DNA from: Lysobacterales bacterium | GTDB lineage: Bacteria > Pseudomonadota > Gammaproteobacteria > Xanthomonadales > S139-57 | Assembly (NCBI GenBank): GCA_015485125.1 | Contig: WFUE01000040.1 | Span: 1-45,889 of the forward strand | DNA: 45,889 nt | Reading direction: 5' to 3' | Shown: in pieces, positions 37,036-45,889 of the stretch | Layout of the letters: every line of letters begins with the position of its first letter | How positions within the stretch are numbered: position 1 is the stretch's first letter | Notes under the pieces: model-generated | Told to the model about the DNA's origin: nothing | Database searches by the model: none | Seen by the model: the letters and a program-made list of their open reading frames with translations, nothing else | Program-made: the position numbers and the translations under genes

Positions 37036-39017
37036 TGAAAACCTTGCTGAAATGGGTGCTGATTCTGGTGGTTCTGGTCGTACTGTCAGGTGTGGCGGTC
37101 GTACTGCTGGTCAACCCGGATGATTATCGTGACCAGATCAGCCAGCAGGCCAGCAAGGCGCTGGGGACCGATGTGCGTTTGCAAGGGCCCCTGAAACTCT
37201 CACTCTGGCCCAGTCTGGGCCTGGTAACCGAAAATGTACAGGTATTGCAGCCGCAGGGTTTTGGAAAGGGTCTGTGGCTGGAAGCCGGTCAGGTCGCCTT
37301 CTCCACGGCGGTCGCCCCCCTGTTGCAGGGGCAGGTACAACTGGGAGAGATTCGCCTTCAGGGTGTGCGCCTGAAGCTGATCCGCAAGGCCAATGGGCAG
37401 GCCAACTGGGAACAGCTGGCCGGCCAGGCGAAAGCGGGCGGCTCTGGCTCCGCTTCGACGGATCAGGGCGATGACAAGGCACCGGTATCGCTGAAACTGG
37501 CGGGTTTGTATCTGGATGATGTGGAACTGGATTACATCGACCAGGCCGCGAAGACGGAACAGCGCTTTCGCATCGACACCCTGTCGCTGGAAGGGCTGGG
37601 TAGTCAACGACCTGCCCAACTGACCATGGCCGCCGAGGTCAGCACGCCGGCAACCTTCCAGATACAACTGCAAAGCCGTATCCGGCCCAAGGCGGATTTC
37701 AGTGAGGTTGCCATCAATGATCTGCAACTGACGGTGCAAGGCGACAGCCTGCCCCAGCCGGTTTCCCTGCAAGGCGACTTGCAGATTGTTCCTGCGGCAG
37801 GCCGGGTGAATATTGCGGCGCTGACCTTGCTGGACAAGCTGCGGGTAACAGGCCACGTGGGCCAGAAAATCAATTTGCAACTCCAGGCGGAAGGCCTGGA
37901 TCTAAAGCCCTGGCTGCAAGACCTGCCATTGCAAGAAAACGCGCTGGCACCGTTGCAGATGAAGATAGGCATACAGGGCACACCGGCAGCGCTGGCTGTG
38001 AAAGTGGAAAAACTGGATATGGACCCGGTGCGCCTGACGGGGCAGCTCCAGTGGAATGGTCGTCTGAAGGGTCAGTTGAATCTGGCCGCGCTGGATCTGG
38101 ATGCCTTGCTGCAACCCGCATCCGCTGAGCAGGCATCCACGGAAACGGCGGCGGATGCACCCTTGATGCAAGCCGGGCAGCTGCCGAGCCTGCAGGCAGA
38201 CATGAAAGTCACGCTGGCTGGTTTGAAGGTCTCAGGCTTGCAAATGCAGAATCTGCAACTGCATGTACAAACCCGGCCAGGGCAGCTGGCACTGCAATCC
38301 TTCACTGCTGACCTGTATCAGGGCAAGGTGGAGACCACCGCCACACTCAAGGCCAGCGGCAAGGCCGTATCCTTGCAGACCAGGGGTGAGCTGCAGGGCA
38401 TTCAGGCTGAACCGCTGCTAAAGGATCTGGCCGGGAAAAAACTGTTGACCGGTGAAGGTGGAGCTGAGTGGGCCCTGCAAACAGACATGAGCTCGCAACG
38501 GGCACTGATGGAGCAGCTGAACGGTACCGCCGGTCTACGCTTTGAAAATGGCGCCATTCTGGGGATCAACATCGCCGAACGGATTCGTCAGGGCTGGGCC
38601 TTGTTGAAGGGCCAGCCCTACGAAGCGCCGAAAACACCGCCCAAGACCGATTTTGCCGAGCTGCGTGCCAGTGTGAATATCAAAAATGGTGTGGCGGACA
38701 ATCAGGATTTCCTGCTGCAATCACCCCTGTTGCGCGTCACTGGCAAGGGGCAGGTGGACCTGGGCGCGCAGACCATCCGCTACAAGCTGACACCGGTGAT
38801 CGTGGGTACCCTGACCGGGCAGAATGGCGAATCGCTGGATCAACTCAAGGGCGTGCCCATCCCGTTGAAGATCAAGGGGGCGTTACCGTCGCCTTCCATC
38901 CAGCTGGACCTGGCCCGGGCCTTCACCGAACAGCAGAAGAAAAAGCTGAAAAAGAAAGCGGAAAAGGAACTGATGAACGCCCTGTTCGGCAAGAAAAAGA
39001 AAAAAGACAAGGATTAG
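37035..39017 (+). CDS. asmA: AsmA family protein
   Basis: N-terminal TM, NPDDYRDQI, LIRKANGQANW, GAILGINI, KTDFAEL, LQSPLLRVTGKG. Confidence 0.85.
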   Translation: MKTLLKWVLILVVLVVLSGVAVVLLVNPDDYRDQISQQASKALGTDVRLQGPLKLSLWPSLGLVTENVQVLQPQGFGKGLWLEAGQVAFSTAVAPLLQGQVQLGEIRLQGVRLKLIRKANGQANWEQLAGQAKAGGSGSASTDQGDDKAPVSLKLAGLYLDDVELDYIDQAAKTEQRFRIDTLSLEGLGSQRPAQLTMAAEVSTPATFQIQLQSRIRPKADFSEVAINDLQLTVQGDSLPQPVSLQGDLQIVPAAGRVNIAALTLLDKLRVTGHVGQKINLQLQAEGLDLKPWLQDLPLQENALAPLQMKIGIQGTPAALAVKVEKLDMDPVRLTGQLQWNGRLKGQLNLAALDLDALLQPASAEQASTETAADAPLMQAGQLPSLQADMKVTLAGLKVSGLQMQNLQLHVQTRPGQLALQSFTADLYQGKVETTATLKASGKAVSLQTRGELQGIQAEPLLKDLAGKKLLTGEGGAEWALQTDMSSQRALMEQLNGTAGLRFENGAILGINIAERIRQGWALLKGQPYEAPKTPPKTDFAELRASVNIKNGVADNQDFLLQSPLLRVTGKGQVDLGAQTIRYKLTPVIVGTLTGQNGESLDQLKGVPIPLKIKGALPSPSIQLDLARAFTEQQKKKLKKKAEKELMNALFGKKKKKDKD

Positions 39018-39586
39018 GGTTGCCGGTTGTCGCTGTGCGCCGGGCAGCTCAGCAGGTGATCATCCACCATGCCGGTGGCCTGCATGAAGGCATAGCAAAT
39101 CACCGGCCCGACAAACTGAAAGCCACGCTTTTTCAAGGCCCGGCTCATGGCTTGTGAGCGTTCATCCTGTGCGGGCACGGCCTCCATGCTTTGCCAGCGG
39201 TGAATGATGGGTTGACCACCGACAAAAGACCAGAGCCACGCCACGGGGTCTTCCTGTTCGCAGAGTGCCAGCCAGGCCCGGGCATTCTGCCGGCAGGCGG
39301 CCATTTTCAGACGATTGCGAATCAGGCCGGGGTCCTCAAGCCAGGTTTGCAGTTGGGCATCGCTGACCGTGGCCAGCCAGTGCGGGTTAAAGCCATGGAA
39401 GATTTGTCGATAGCGTGCTCGTTTTTGCAGCACCAGGCGCCAGCTGAGGCCGGCTTGCAGGCCTTCCAGCAGGAGAAACTCGAACAGTTTGTTACTCTCG
39501 TATACAGGCCGGCCCCATTCCTGGTCGTGATAGGCCCGTTCCAGCGCGCTGTCTTGTGCCCATGGGCAAATCCTTGCTTCGTTCAT
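39014..39586 (-). CDS. tag: DNA-3-methyladenine glycosylase I
   Basis: CPW..YHDQEWG, LEGLQAGLSW, IRNRLK, FVGP..YAFMQATGMVDDHL..C. Confidence 0.94.
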   Translation of the reverse strand: MNEARICPWAQDSALERAYHDQEWGRPVYESNKLFEFLLLEGLQAGLSWRLVLQKRARYRQIFHGFNPHWLATVSDAQLQTWLEDPGLIRNRLKMAACRQNARAWLALCEQEDPVAWLWSFVGGQPIIHRWQSMEAVPAQDERSQAMSRALKKRGFQFVGPVICYAFMQATGMVDDHLLSCPAHSDNRQP

Positions 39587-39773
39587 GCTCAGCAGTCTGC
39601 TGGTTGGCAGCCCCATCCGTCAAGGGTGGATTTTCAGGTGCAATGCCCTGCCAGTGTGGGCAATTCCGTTCGTGGCATGAACCGGGTAAACTGCCCATCC
39701 GGTGCAAACCCGGAAACCGCACGACCGGATGTGATTTTTGGGTTCGAGATGAATGCAACAGGAGACAGGCGGC

Positions 39774-40352
39774 ATGCTGCTGATGATCGACAACTATGAC
39801 TCCTTCACCTACAACCTGGTGCAGTATTTTGCTGAACTGGGTGCGGAGGTGGTGGTTCATCGCAACGATGCCATTGGCGTGGATGCCATCGAATCGCTCA
39901 AGCCGGAGAAAATCGTGCTTTCACCGGGCCCCTGCACGCCCAATGAAGCCGGTATCTCGCTGGAGGTCATCCACCGGTTTGCTGGTCGTATCCCCCTGCT
40001 GGGTGTCTGTCTGGGGCATCAGAGCATTGCCCAGGCCTTTGGTGGCCAAGTGATCCGGGCACGGGAAGTGATGCACGGCAAGACCTCTGCCATCCATCAC
40101 CGTGGCGAGGGCGTGTTCAAGGGGCTGAACAATCCGTTGGAGGCCACCCGTTACCACTCGCTGGTGGTGGCGGAGAAAGGCCTGCCCGATTGCTTGGAAA
40201 TCACCGCCTGGACGGAAAACGGACGCGGCGAGCGGGAAGAAATCATGGGTCTGCGGCATCGGGAATGGGCGGTGGAAGGGGTGCAGTTTCACCCGGAATC
40301 CATTCTGACCGAACAGGGTCACGCGTTGTTGAAGAATTTTCTGGAGCAATAG
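39774..40352 (+). CDS. trpG: Anthranilate synthase component II
   Basis: [31 protein letters not shown]; upstream of trpD. Confidence 0.93.
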   Translation: MLLMIDNYDSFTYNLVQYFAELGAEVVVHRNDAIGVDAIESLKPEKIVLSPGPCTPNEAGISLEVIHRFAGRIPLLGVCLGHQSIAQAFGGQVIRAREVMHGKTSAIHHRGEGVFKGLNNPLEATRYHSLVVAEKGLPDCLEITAWTENGRGEREEIMGLRHREWAVEGVQFHPESILTEQGHALLKNFLEQ

Positions 40353-40355
40353 GGC

Positions 40356-41369
40356 ATGAAAAGTATCCTGAACCAGCTGGCGGCCGGTGAGAATCTGAGC
40401 GAAGAAACCATGGAGCAGGCCATGAATCAGGTCATGACCGGCCAGGCCACGCCCGCGCAGATTGGCGCGCTGCTGATGGGCCTGCGGCAGAAGGGCGAGA
40501 CCGTCGAGGAAATCACCGCGGCGGCTCGTGTCATGCGCCGGCTGGCCGAACCGGTCAAGGTTGCGTCCCAACCGCTGGTGGATACCTGCGGTACCGGTGG
40601 TGATGGCGCGGGCATCTTCAATGTCTCCACCGCCGCGGCCATCGTTGCGGCGGCCTGTGGTGTCAAGATCGCCAAGCATGGCAACCGTTCGGTTTCCAGC
40701 ACCACCGGCAGCGCCGATGTACTGGAGCAGGCTGGTGTCAATCTGGATCTGCGTCCGGAAGATGTGGCTCAGTGTGTCGAGGAAGTCGGTATCGGATTTC
40801 TGTTTGCGCCGGCGCACCACAGCGCGATGAAATTTGCCATTGGCCCCCGGCGGGAACTGGGCATGCGCACCCTGTTCAATGTGCTGGGGCCGTTGACCAA
40901 TCCGGCCGGTGCCAAAAGGCAGGTACTGGGTGTATTCGCACAGGAATGGCAGCGACCGCTGGCGGAAGTGCTGAAAACCCTGGGCAGTGAACGGGTCATG
41001 GTGGTGCACGCGGAAGATGGTCTGGATGAAATCTCCGTGGCTGCGCAGACACGGGTGGTGGAACTCAAGAATGGAGAAATCTCGGAATATCGTATCAACC
41101 CGGCGGAACTGGGCATCTGGTACACCAGCCTGAAGGCCGCGCAGGTCAATACGGCCGCGGAGAGCCTGCGACTGATCGAAAGCGCCTTCCAGGGTGAAAA
41201 CGGCATTGCTGCCGACCTGATTGCGCTCAATGCCGCGGCGGTTTTGCAGGTAGCGGATCTGGCCGAGGATCTGCTGGAAGGCCTGGTCAAGGCGCGTACG
41301 GTCATGGGCAATGGCAAGGCGCTGCAAACCCTGCACCAGCTGCGTGACCTGACCCGGAGCATGGCCTGA
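40356..41369 (+). CDS. trpD: Anthranilate phosphoribosyltransferase
   Basis: [34 protein letters not shown]. Confidence 0.96.
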   Translation: MKSILNQLAAGENLSEETMEQAMNQVMTGQATPAQIGALLMGLRQKGETVEEITAAARVMRRLAEPVKVASQPLVDTCGTGGDGAGIFNVSTAAAIVAAACGVKIAKHGNRSVSSTTGSADVLEQAGVNLDLRPEDVAQCVEEVGIGFLFAPAHHSAMKFAIGPRRELGMRTLFNVLGPLTNPAGAKRQVLGVFAQEWQRPLAEVLKTLGSERVMVVHAEDGLDEISVAAQTRVVELKNGEISEYRINPAELGIWYTSLKAAQVNTAAESLRLIESAFQGENGIAADLIALNAAAVLQVADLAEDLLEGLVKARTVMGNGKALQTLHQLRDLTRSMA

Positions 41370-42172
41370 TGAACAGGATGGCCGACATTCTCAAGACCAT
41401 CCTGGCCCGCAAGGTGGAGGAAATTCGCGCTGGCGCGGAAAAAACACCGCTGGCGGCATTGAGTCGACAGGTGGAAGCCGCCCCACCGGCACGCGGTTTT
41501 TATCAGGCCATGGCGGATCAACGGGCGGCGGGCAAACCGGCGGTGATTGCCGAAATCAAGAAGGCCTCACCCAGCAAGGGGGTCATCCGGGAAGATTTCG
41601 ACCCCGTTGCCATTGCCCAAAGTTACGAACAACATGGCGCGTCCTGCCTTTCCGTGCTCACCGATGTGGATTTCTTCCAGGGGCATGCGAACTATTTGCA
41701 ACAGGCGCGCGCCGCCACCCGCCTGCCGGTGATCCGCAAGGATTTCATCATCGACCCGTGGCAGGTGTACGAGGCCCGGGTCATGGGCGCGGATTGCATT
41801 TTGCTGATCGTGGCCGCGCTGGGGGATGCGCAGCTGCTGGAGCTGACCCTGCTGGCACGGGAACTGGGCATGGATGTACTGGTGGAAGTCCACGATGAAG
41901 CGGAAATGGCCCGTGCGCTGGATTTGCCCACACCGCTGATTGGCGTGAACAACCGTAACCTGCGCACCTTTGAAGTCAGCCTGGAGACCACGCTGAACCT
42001 GTTGGCACAGGTGCCGGAAGACCGCTTGCTGGTGACTGAAAGCGGTATCCACACGCCAGCCGATGTCCGCAGGATGCGGGAAGCCGGTGTACAGGCCTTT
42101 CTGGTGGGAGAGGCCTTCATGCGTCAGCCGGATCCCGGTCAGGCACTGGCTGCATTGTTTCAGACCGGTTGA
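41369..42172 (+). CDS. trpC: Indole-3-glycerol phosphate synthase
   Basis: [34 protein letters not shown]. Confidence 0.96.
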   Translation: MNRMADILKTILARKVEEIRAGAEKTPLAALSRQVEAAPPARGFYQAMADQRAAGKPAVIAEIKKASPSKGVIREDFDPVAIAQSYEQHGASCLSVLTDVDFFQGHANYLQQARAATRLPVIRKDFIIDPWQVYEARVMGADCILLIVAALGDAQLLELTLLARELGMDVLVEVHDEAEMARALDLPTPLIGVNNRNLRTFEVSLETTLNLLAQVPEDRLLVTESGIHTPADVRRMREAGVQAFLVGEAFMRQPDPGQALAALFQTG

Positions 42173-42221
42173 TCGCGGCAGGTCGTGGTATAGTCATGGC
42201 AAGCCATAACTGGAGGCGGCC

Positions 42222-42977
42222 ATGACACCGGAAGAAAAACGGGCCCAGCTGGTACAGCTGAAAAAGGAATCCGTTATCGAATTGCTGGACACGGCGGTGG
42301 CCGTGCATGGACTCTCCCCCGAAGACTACCTCTCGCTCAAGCAGGATCTGCTGACCCAAATTGAACAGGACACCGGTCACCAGACCGGTCTTTTCCAATG
42401 GCTGGAACAGGCCAACCTGATGGCGGCCCAATGCCTGGGTGACCCGAGCATCCAGATTGCCGTGGGCGCGGAAATCCGCGAGGAAGTGCTGGAGGAAAAG
42501 CCAGAGAAGCCACGCAAGACCAAGGTGGATGCCAAGGCCGCGCCAGTGGACTACAAGGCCGCCCTGCTCCAGCAGATCGAGCTGCTGCCGCCGTGGCTCA
42601 ATGACAAGGAAGTCAAGCACTATCAGGAACTGGTCCGCCGCCTGCCCCGGGGCAAGCCCAGTGAAGGGTTGGCCATGAACACCGTGGGGGATGCGGAATA
42701 TGAATTGCTGGAAAAGGTGCGCGAGCGTTTTGGCAAGAAAATGGACCAGCTGGTGGCCAAGGCACCGGAGTTGTTTCGTGACAAGCTGGAACGGCCGGAT
42801 GGCTCGGTGCGCTGGGTGAATGTGGAGAAAAACCTGCGCATGCAACTGAAACGGGTGGCCAGTGTACGCCAGTTTCTCGCTTTCAAGGATCTGGTAGCCC
42901 GCTTTGTCAGCGACTACAAGCGGCGTCAGCAGGCGCAGAAAAAGGGCGGGCTGATGAGCAAGCTCAAATTCTGGTAG
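42222..42977 (+). CDS. Hypothetical helical protein
   Basis: GGAGG RBS and host-like codon usage; no family recognised; ends KKGGLMSKLKFW. Confidence 0.7.
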   Translation: MTPEEKRAQLVQLKKESVIELLDTAVAVHGLSPEDYLSLKQDLLTQIEQDTGHQTGLFQWLEQANLMAAQCLGDPSIQIAVGAEIREEVLEEKPEKPRKTKVDAKAAPVDYKAALLQQIELLPPWLNDKEVKHYQELVRRLPRGKPSEGLAMNTVGDAEYELLEKVRERFGKKMDQLVAKAPELFRDKLERPDGSVRWVNVEKNLRMQLKRVASVRQFLAFKDLVARFVSDYKRRQQAQKKGGLMSKLKFW

Positions 42978-43637
42978 TCAACGCGCATCCAGTACCACGA
43001 TGGTCTTGCCGGAGACGTTGATCATGCCGTCTTCTTCCAGCTCCTTGAGCACGCGCCCGGCCATTTCGCGGGAACAACCGACGATACGGCTGATCTCCTG
43101 GCGTGAAATGCGAATCTGTATGCCGTCGGGATGGGTCATGGCGTCCGGCTCCTGGCAGAGATCCAGCAAGGTTCGGGCCACGCGGCCGGTCACATCCATG
43201 AAGGCCAGACGGCTGACCTTGCGGCTGGTGTGCAGCAGGCGTGCGGTCAACTGGGTGCCGATGGCAAAGAGAATATCGGCCTTGTATTCGGCCAGCGTGG
43301 TTTCAAACAGCACCCACAGGCGGTCATAGGTGATTTCTGCCATTTCCGTGGGCGTGCGCGTCCGCACCAGTACTTCCCTTCTTTCCGGGCGCATGAACAA
43401 ACCCATTTCTCCGAGAAAATCCCCCTTGTTGAGATAACTCAGGATCAGTTCGTGGCCTTCCTCGTCCTCGGTGGAGATGCTCAGCGAGCCTTCAACAATG
43501 TAATAGAGAGTGCTGGCCCGGTCACCGGGACGGATGATGGCGGTTTTGTTGGGGTATTTCTTCTTGTGACAACAAGCCAGGAATGCCTCCATGGCTTCCG
43601 GGTTGGGTGGCAGAAAGTCGTCTCGTTTCATCCGCAT
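42978..43637 (-). CDS. crp: CRP family global regulator (Clp/Vfr-like)
   Basis: cNMP domain GDFLGEMGLF; HTH SRQEISRIVGCSREMAGRVLK; trpC-adjacent synteny. Confidence 0.93.
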   Translation of the reverse strand: MRMKRDDFLPPNPEAMEAFLACCHKKKYPNKTAIIRPGDRASTLYYIVEGSLSISTEDEEGHELILSYLNKGDFLGEMGLFMRPERREVLVRTRTPTEMAEITYDRLWVLFETTLAEYKADILFAIGTQLTARLLHTSRKVSRLAFMDVTGRVARTLLDLCQEPDAMTHPDGIQIRISRQEISRIVGCSREMAGRVLKELEEDGMINVSGKTIVVLDAR

Positions 43638-43778
43638 GAAGCTCCTGTGCAGGGCGACATCACCCGCCTTTATTTGATGCTTTATAGCATAATAAACCGC
43701 AATTGCAGGAAAGCAAATGTTTCACAAACGCATCATCGGGAAGATTTCCGTGATGAATGGCATAATCCGGAGGTTTTC

Positions 43779-44078
43779 TTGGACTGGATGATCTGGCTGG
43801 TGGCCGGCCTGTTCTATCTTCCGTTGCATCTTGGCTTGCCGGCCGGCTGGTTGTTCTATCGACTGCTCGACCAGCCTGTGGAAACCCGCAAGGCCCGGTT
43901 GCGCGTCTTCCTGCGGGAAGGGTTCGTGCTCTTGGCGCTGACGGTGGGGCTGGCGGCTGTTCTGTGGCAATTGCAGGTGGGCCTGGTCTGGCTGGTGGCC
44001 CTGCTGGTTCTGGCCAGCCTGCTGCCTTTCTGGCGCGTGGCCCGTCTGTCTGCTGATTGCGATCAGCCAGGGAAATAA
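43779..44078 (+). CDS. Small membrane protein (about 3 TM), hypothetical
   Basis: GGAGG at 43769-43773, then TTG start (ATG at 43788 possible); hydrophobic helices LVAGLFYLPLHLGLP, FVLLALTVGLAAVLW, LVWLVALLVLASLLPF. Confidence 0.6.
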   Translation: MDWMIWLVAGLFYLPLHLGLPAGWLFYRLLDQPVETRKARLRVFLREGFVLLALTVGLAAVLWQLQVGLVWLVALLVLASLLPFWRVARLSADCDQPGK

Positions 44079-44084
44079 ACTGAA

Positions 44085-44102
44085 CCCGCCCAATGGGGCG
44101 GG
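44085..44102. terminator. GC-rich hairpin between convergent genes
   Basis: CCCGCCC-AATG-GGGCGGG lies between the stops at 44078 and 44123; U-tracts are weak. Confidence 0.5.
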
Positions 44103-44122
44103 CTGTTGGCAGGTGGGATGGT

Positions 44123-45889
44123 TTACAGCTGGAAGCGGCTGACCATGCTTTGCAATTGCTCGGCCAGTGCATTGAGCTGCTGGTTGGATTGTGCCGTGCG
44201 CCGGGCGGCCTGCAAGGCATCGTCGGCGGTTTTCAGCACCTGCTTGAGACGCTCGGCCACTTCGTTGGACTTGCCACCCTGTTCATTGGCGGCCTGGGCG
44301 ATCTTCTGGTTCATCTCGTTGATGGTTTTTACCGCCTGGGTGATCTGTTGCAGGGCGGTTTCGGCCTTGCCGGCTTCTTCCACGCTGCTGCCAGCCTGTT
44401 TCTGCCCCTTGTCCATGACCTGCACCGCCTCGGCGGCACTGGATTGCAGCCGGGTGATCATGTCGTGGATTTCCTGGGTGGATTCCTGGGTACGGCTGGC
44501 CAGGGTGCGTACCTCATCGGCCACCACGGCGAAGCCACGGCCATGTTCTCCGGCCCTCGCGGCTTCGATGGCGGCGTTCAGTGCCAGCAGGTTGGTTTGT
44601 TCGGCAATCTCCTTGATCACATCCAGCACCTTGCTGATGGCATCAGTATCCTGCTCCACCTGGGTGATGACTTCGGCGGAAGTGCGCACTTCGTTGGCCA
44701 GGGCGTGAATGGAGTTGATGACATTGTGAACCACCTGCTGGCCGGTTTCCGCGGATCCATTAGCCTCAACGGCGGCTTCCGAGGCATCTTCGGCATGCTT
44801 GCGCATGTGTTGCGCGGCCTTGGACATATTGATCATTTCCAGGGTCACGGCATCCACTTCTGATTTCTGGGTTTCGGCGGATTGTTCCATGTCCAGTGCC
44901 ACCTGGCTGGCTTGTTGCGCGGCCTGGCCAACGGATACGGCGGCGTCCCGGGTGGATTGAATCATCTCCCGAAGTTGTACCTGGGTTTCGCCCAGCAGGC
45001 GCAGCATCTGGATGACTTCGTTGTGCTTGTCCTTGATGCTGCACTGGACCTCATAGCCCAGGTTGCCACTGGCCATGGCCTTGAGCAGTTCCCGTGCCTT
45101 GAACAGCGGCCGGAAGGCGCTGGTCAGCCGCCAGTAGAGAATGGCGATGGAGGTGGCAATCACCAGCAGCATGCCCATCCAGCCCAGGATCTGGGCCTGG
45201 TCCAGCTTCTGGAAATCAGTGCTGCGATCGCGCAGCACGCTGAGATAGCCGATGGTTTGCTGATTGAGGGTTTTCAGGGGCAAGATCACATGGGAATAGC
45301 TGGCTTCCTCCATGTCCAGCCGCAGCCGGGCAGGCAGATGGTCTACTTCCGGGAAATTCGGATGGAGGTTCTCGCCGGTGGCGAACAGCTCCTGTTGCTG
45401 CTGGTTCCAGAGAATCAGTTCCGCGCCGGCCTGTTTGGCGAAGTTCCGCCCGATTTGATCCAGGCCCAGGGCATAGAGCGCATAGCCTGCTAATTTTCCA
45501 CGGTTGAACAGCGGGAAGACCAGCGTGTTGTAGAGCATGCCCTGTTCGTCACTGGCCAGGCCCGAGATCACCTTGTGATCCGCCAGTGCCTGGGCAACCA
45601 GCGCCTTGCCCAGTTGGGGGCTGGTGTCTTCGGGGTCGGTGTAGACGGGTTGGCCGTCCTGATTCAGAATGATCAGCCGGTCCAGTACCCGGGCCACGCT
45701 CAGGCGGCGATAGCTGGGGGCGGCCGCTTCGGCCACTTCGGCCGGGTCCGCGCCCTCGGCCAATGCCGCGGTCAGGTCACGGTTGCGGGTGAGTGCGCGG
45801 GTATTGCCCTGCATGTCCTTGAGATTGCCTTCCAGCCATTCCTGCCACAAATCCCGCGAACCATCAATGGACAGTTCTTCGATTTGCTG
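44123..45889 (-). CDS. Methyl-accepting chemotaxis protein (5' end outside the window)
   Basis: Cache-like periplasmic region, [46 protein letters not shown]. Confidence 0.93.
   Translation of the reverse strand, partial: QQIEELSIDGSRDLWQEWLEGNLKDMQGNTRALTRNRDLTAALAEGADPAEVAEAAAPSYRRLSVARVLDRLIILNQDGQPVYTDPEDTSPQLGKALVAQALADHKVISGLASDEQGMLYNTLVFPLFNRGKLAGYALYALGLDQIGRNFAKQAGAELILWNQQQQELFATGENLHPNFPEVDHLPARLRLDMEEASYSHVILPLKTLNQQTIGYLSVLRDRSTDFQKLDQAQILGWMGMLLVIATSIAILYWRLTSAFRPLFKARELLKAMASGNLGYEVQCSIKDKHNEVIQMLRLLGETQVQLREMIQSTRDAAVSVGQAAQQASQVALDMEQSAETQKSEVDAVTLEMINMSKAAQHMRKHAEDASEAAVEANGSAETGQQVVHNVINSIHALANEVRTSAEVITQVEQDTDAISKVLDVIKEIAEQTNLLALNAAIEAARAGEHGRGFAVVADEVRTLASRTQESTQEIHDMITRLQSSAAEAVQVMDKGQKQAGSSVEEAGKAETALQQITQAVKTINEMNQKIAQAANEQGGKSNEVAERLKQVLKTADDALQAARRTAQSNQQLNALAEQLQSMVSRFQL

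Noticed and set aside
43131-43778. N-terminal part of ORF 43131-44078
   Set aside because: It is antisense to crp. Only the portion after the RBS at 43769 looks like a real membrane protein.

Overview
High-GC gammaproteobacterial chromosomal segment. Gene order and a Clp-like CRP suggest a Xanthomonadales/Chromatiales-like lineage, which is inference only. Most of the window is housekeeping and type IV pilus control: tRNA-Arg(CCG), hemerythrin, ftsEX, DUF4426-yggT-proC-yggS, pilTU, hemA-prfA, trmJ, bamD, rluD-pgeF, ruvX-yqgE-tonB-gshB, a Pil-Chp operon lacking pilH, asmA, tag, trpGDC, crp/clp and a truncated MCP. Six elements stand out. (1) A five-gene extracytoplasmic redox cassette lies between bamD and rluD. 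It encodes a secreted c-type cytochrome-cadherin-'WYTY' domain protein, TlpA, a DUF4266-like lipoprotein, a DUF3570-like outer-membrane barrel with two SGA[S/T] flavinylation-type motifs, and a signal-less ApbE. (2) A second secreted protein with the same uncharacterised WYTY domain occupies the usual prmC slot after prfA. (3) Nested ERIC-like palindromes with CsrA-type GGA hairpins lie at the tRNA 3' end. (4) A doubly inactivated hicA is frameshift-fused to hicB. (5) A catalytically degenerate HAD protein is coupled to pilTU. (6) A perfect FNR box precedes the hemerythrin. All family calls come from motif recognition by eye; no searches were run.
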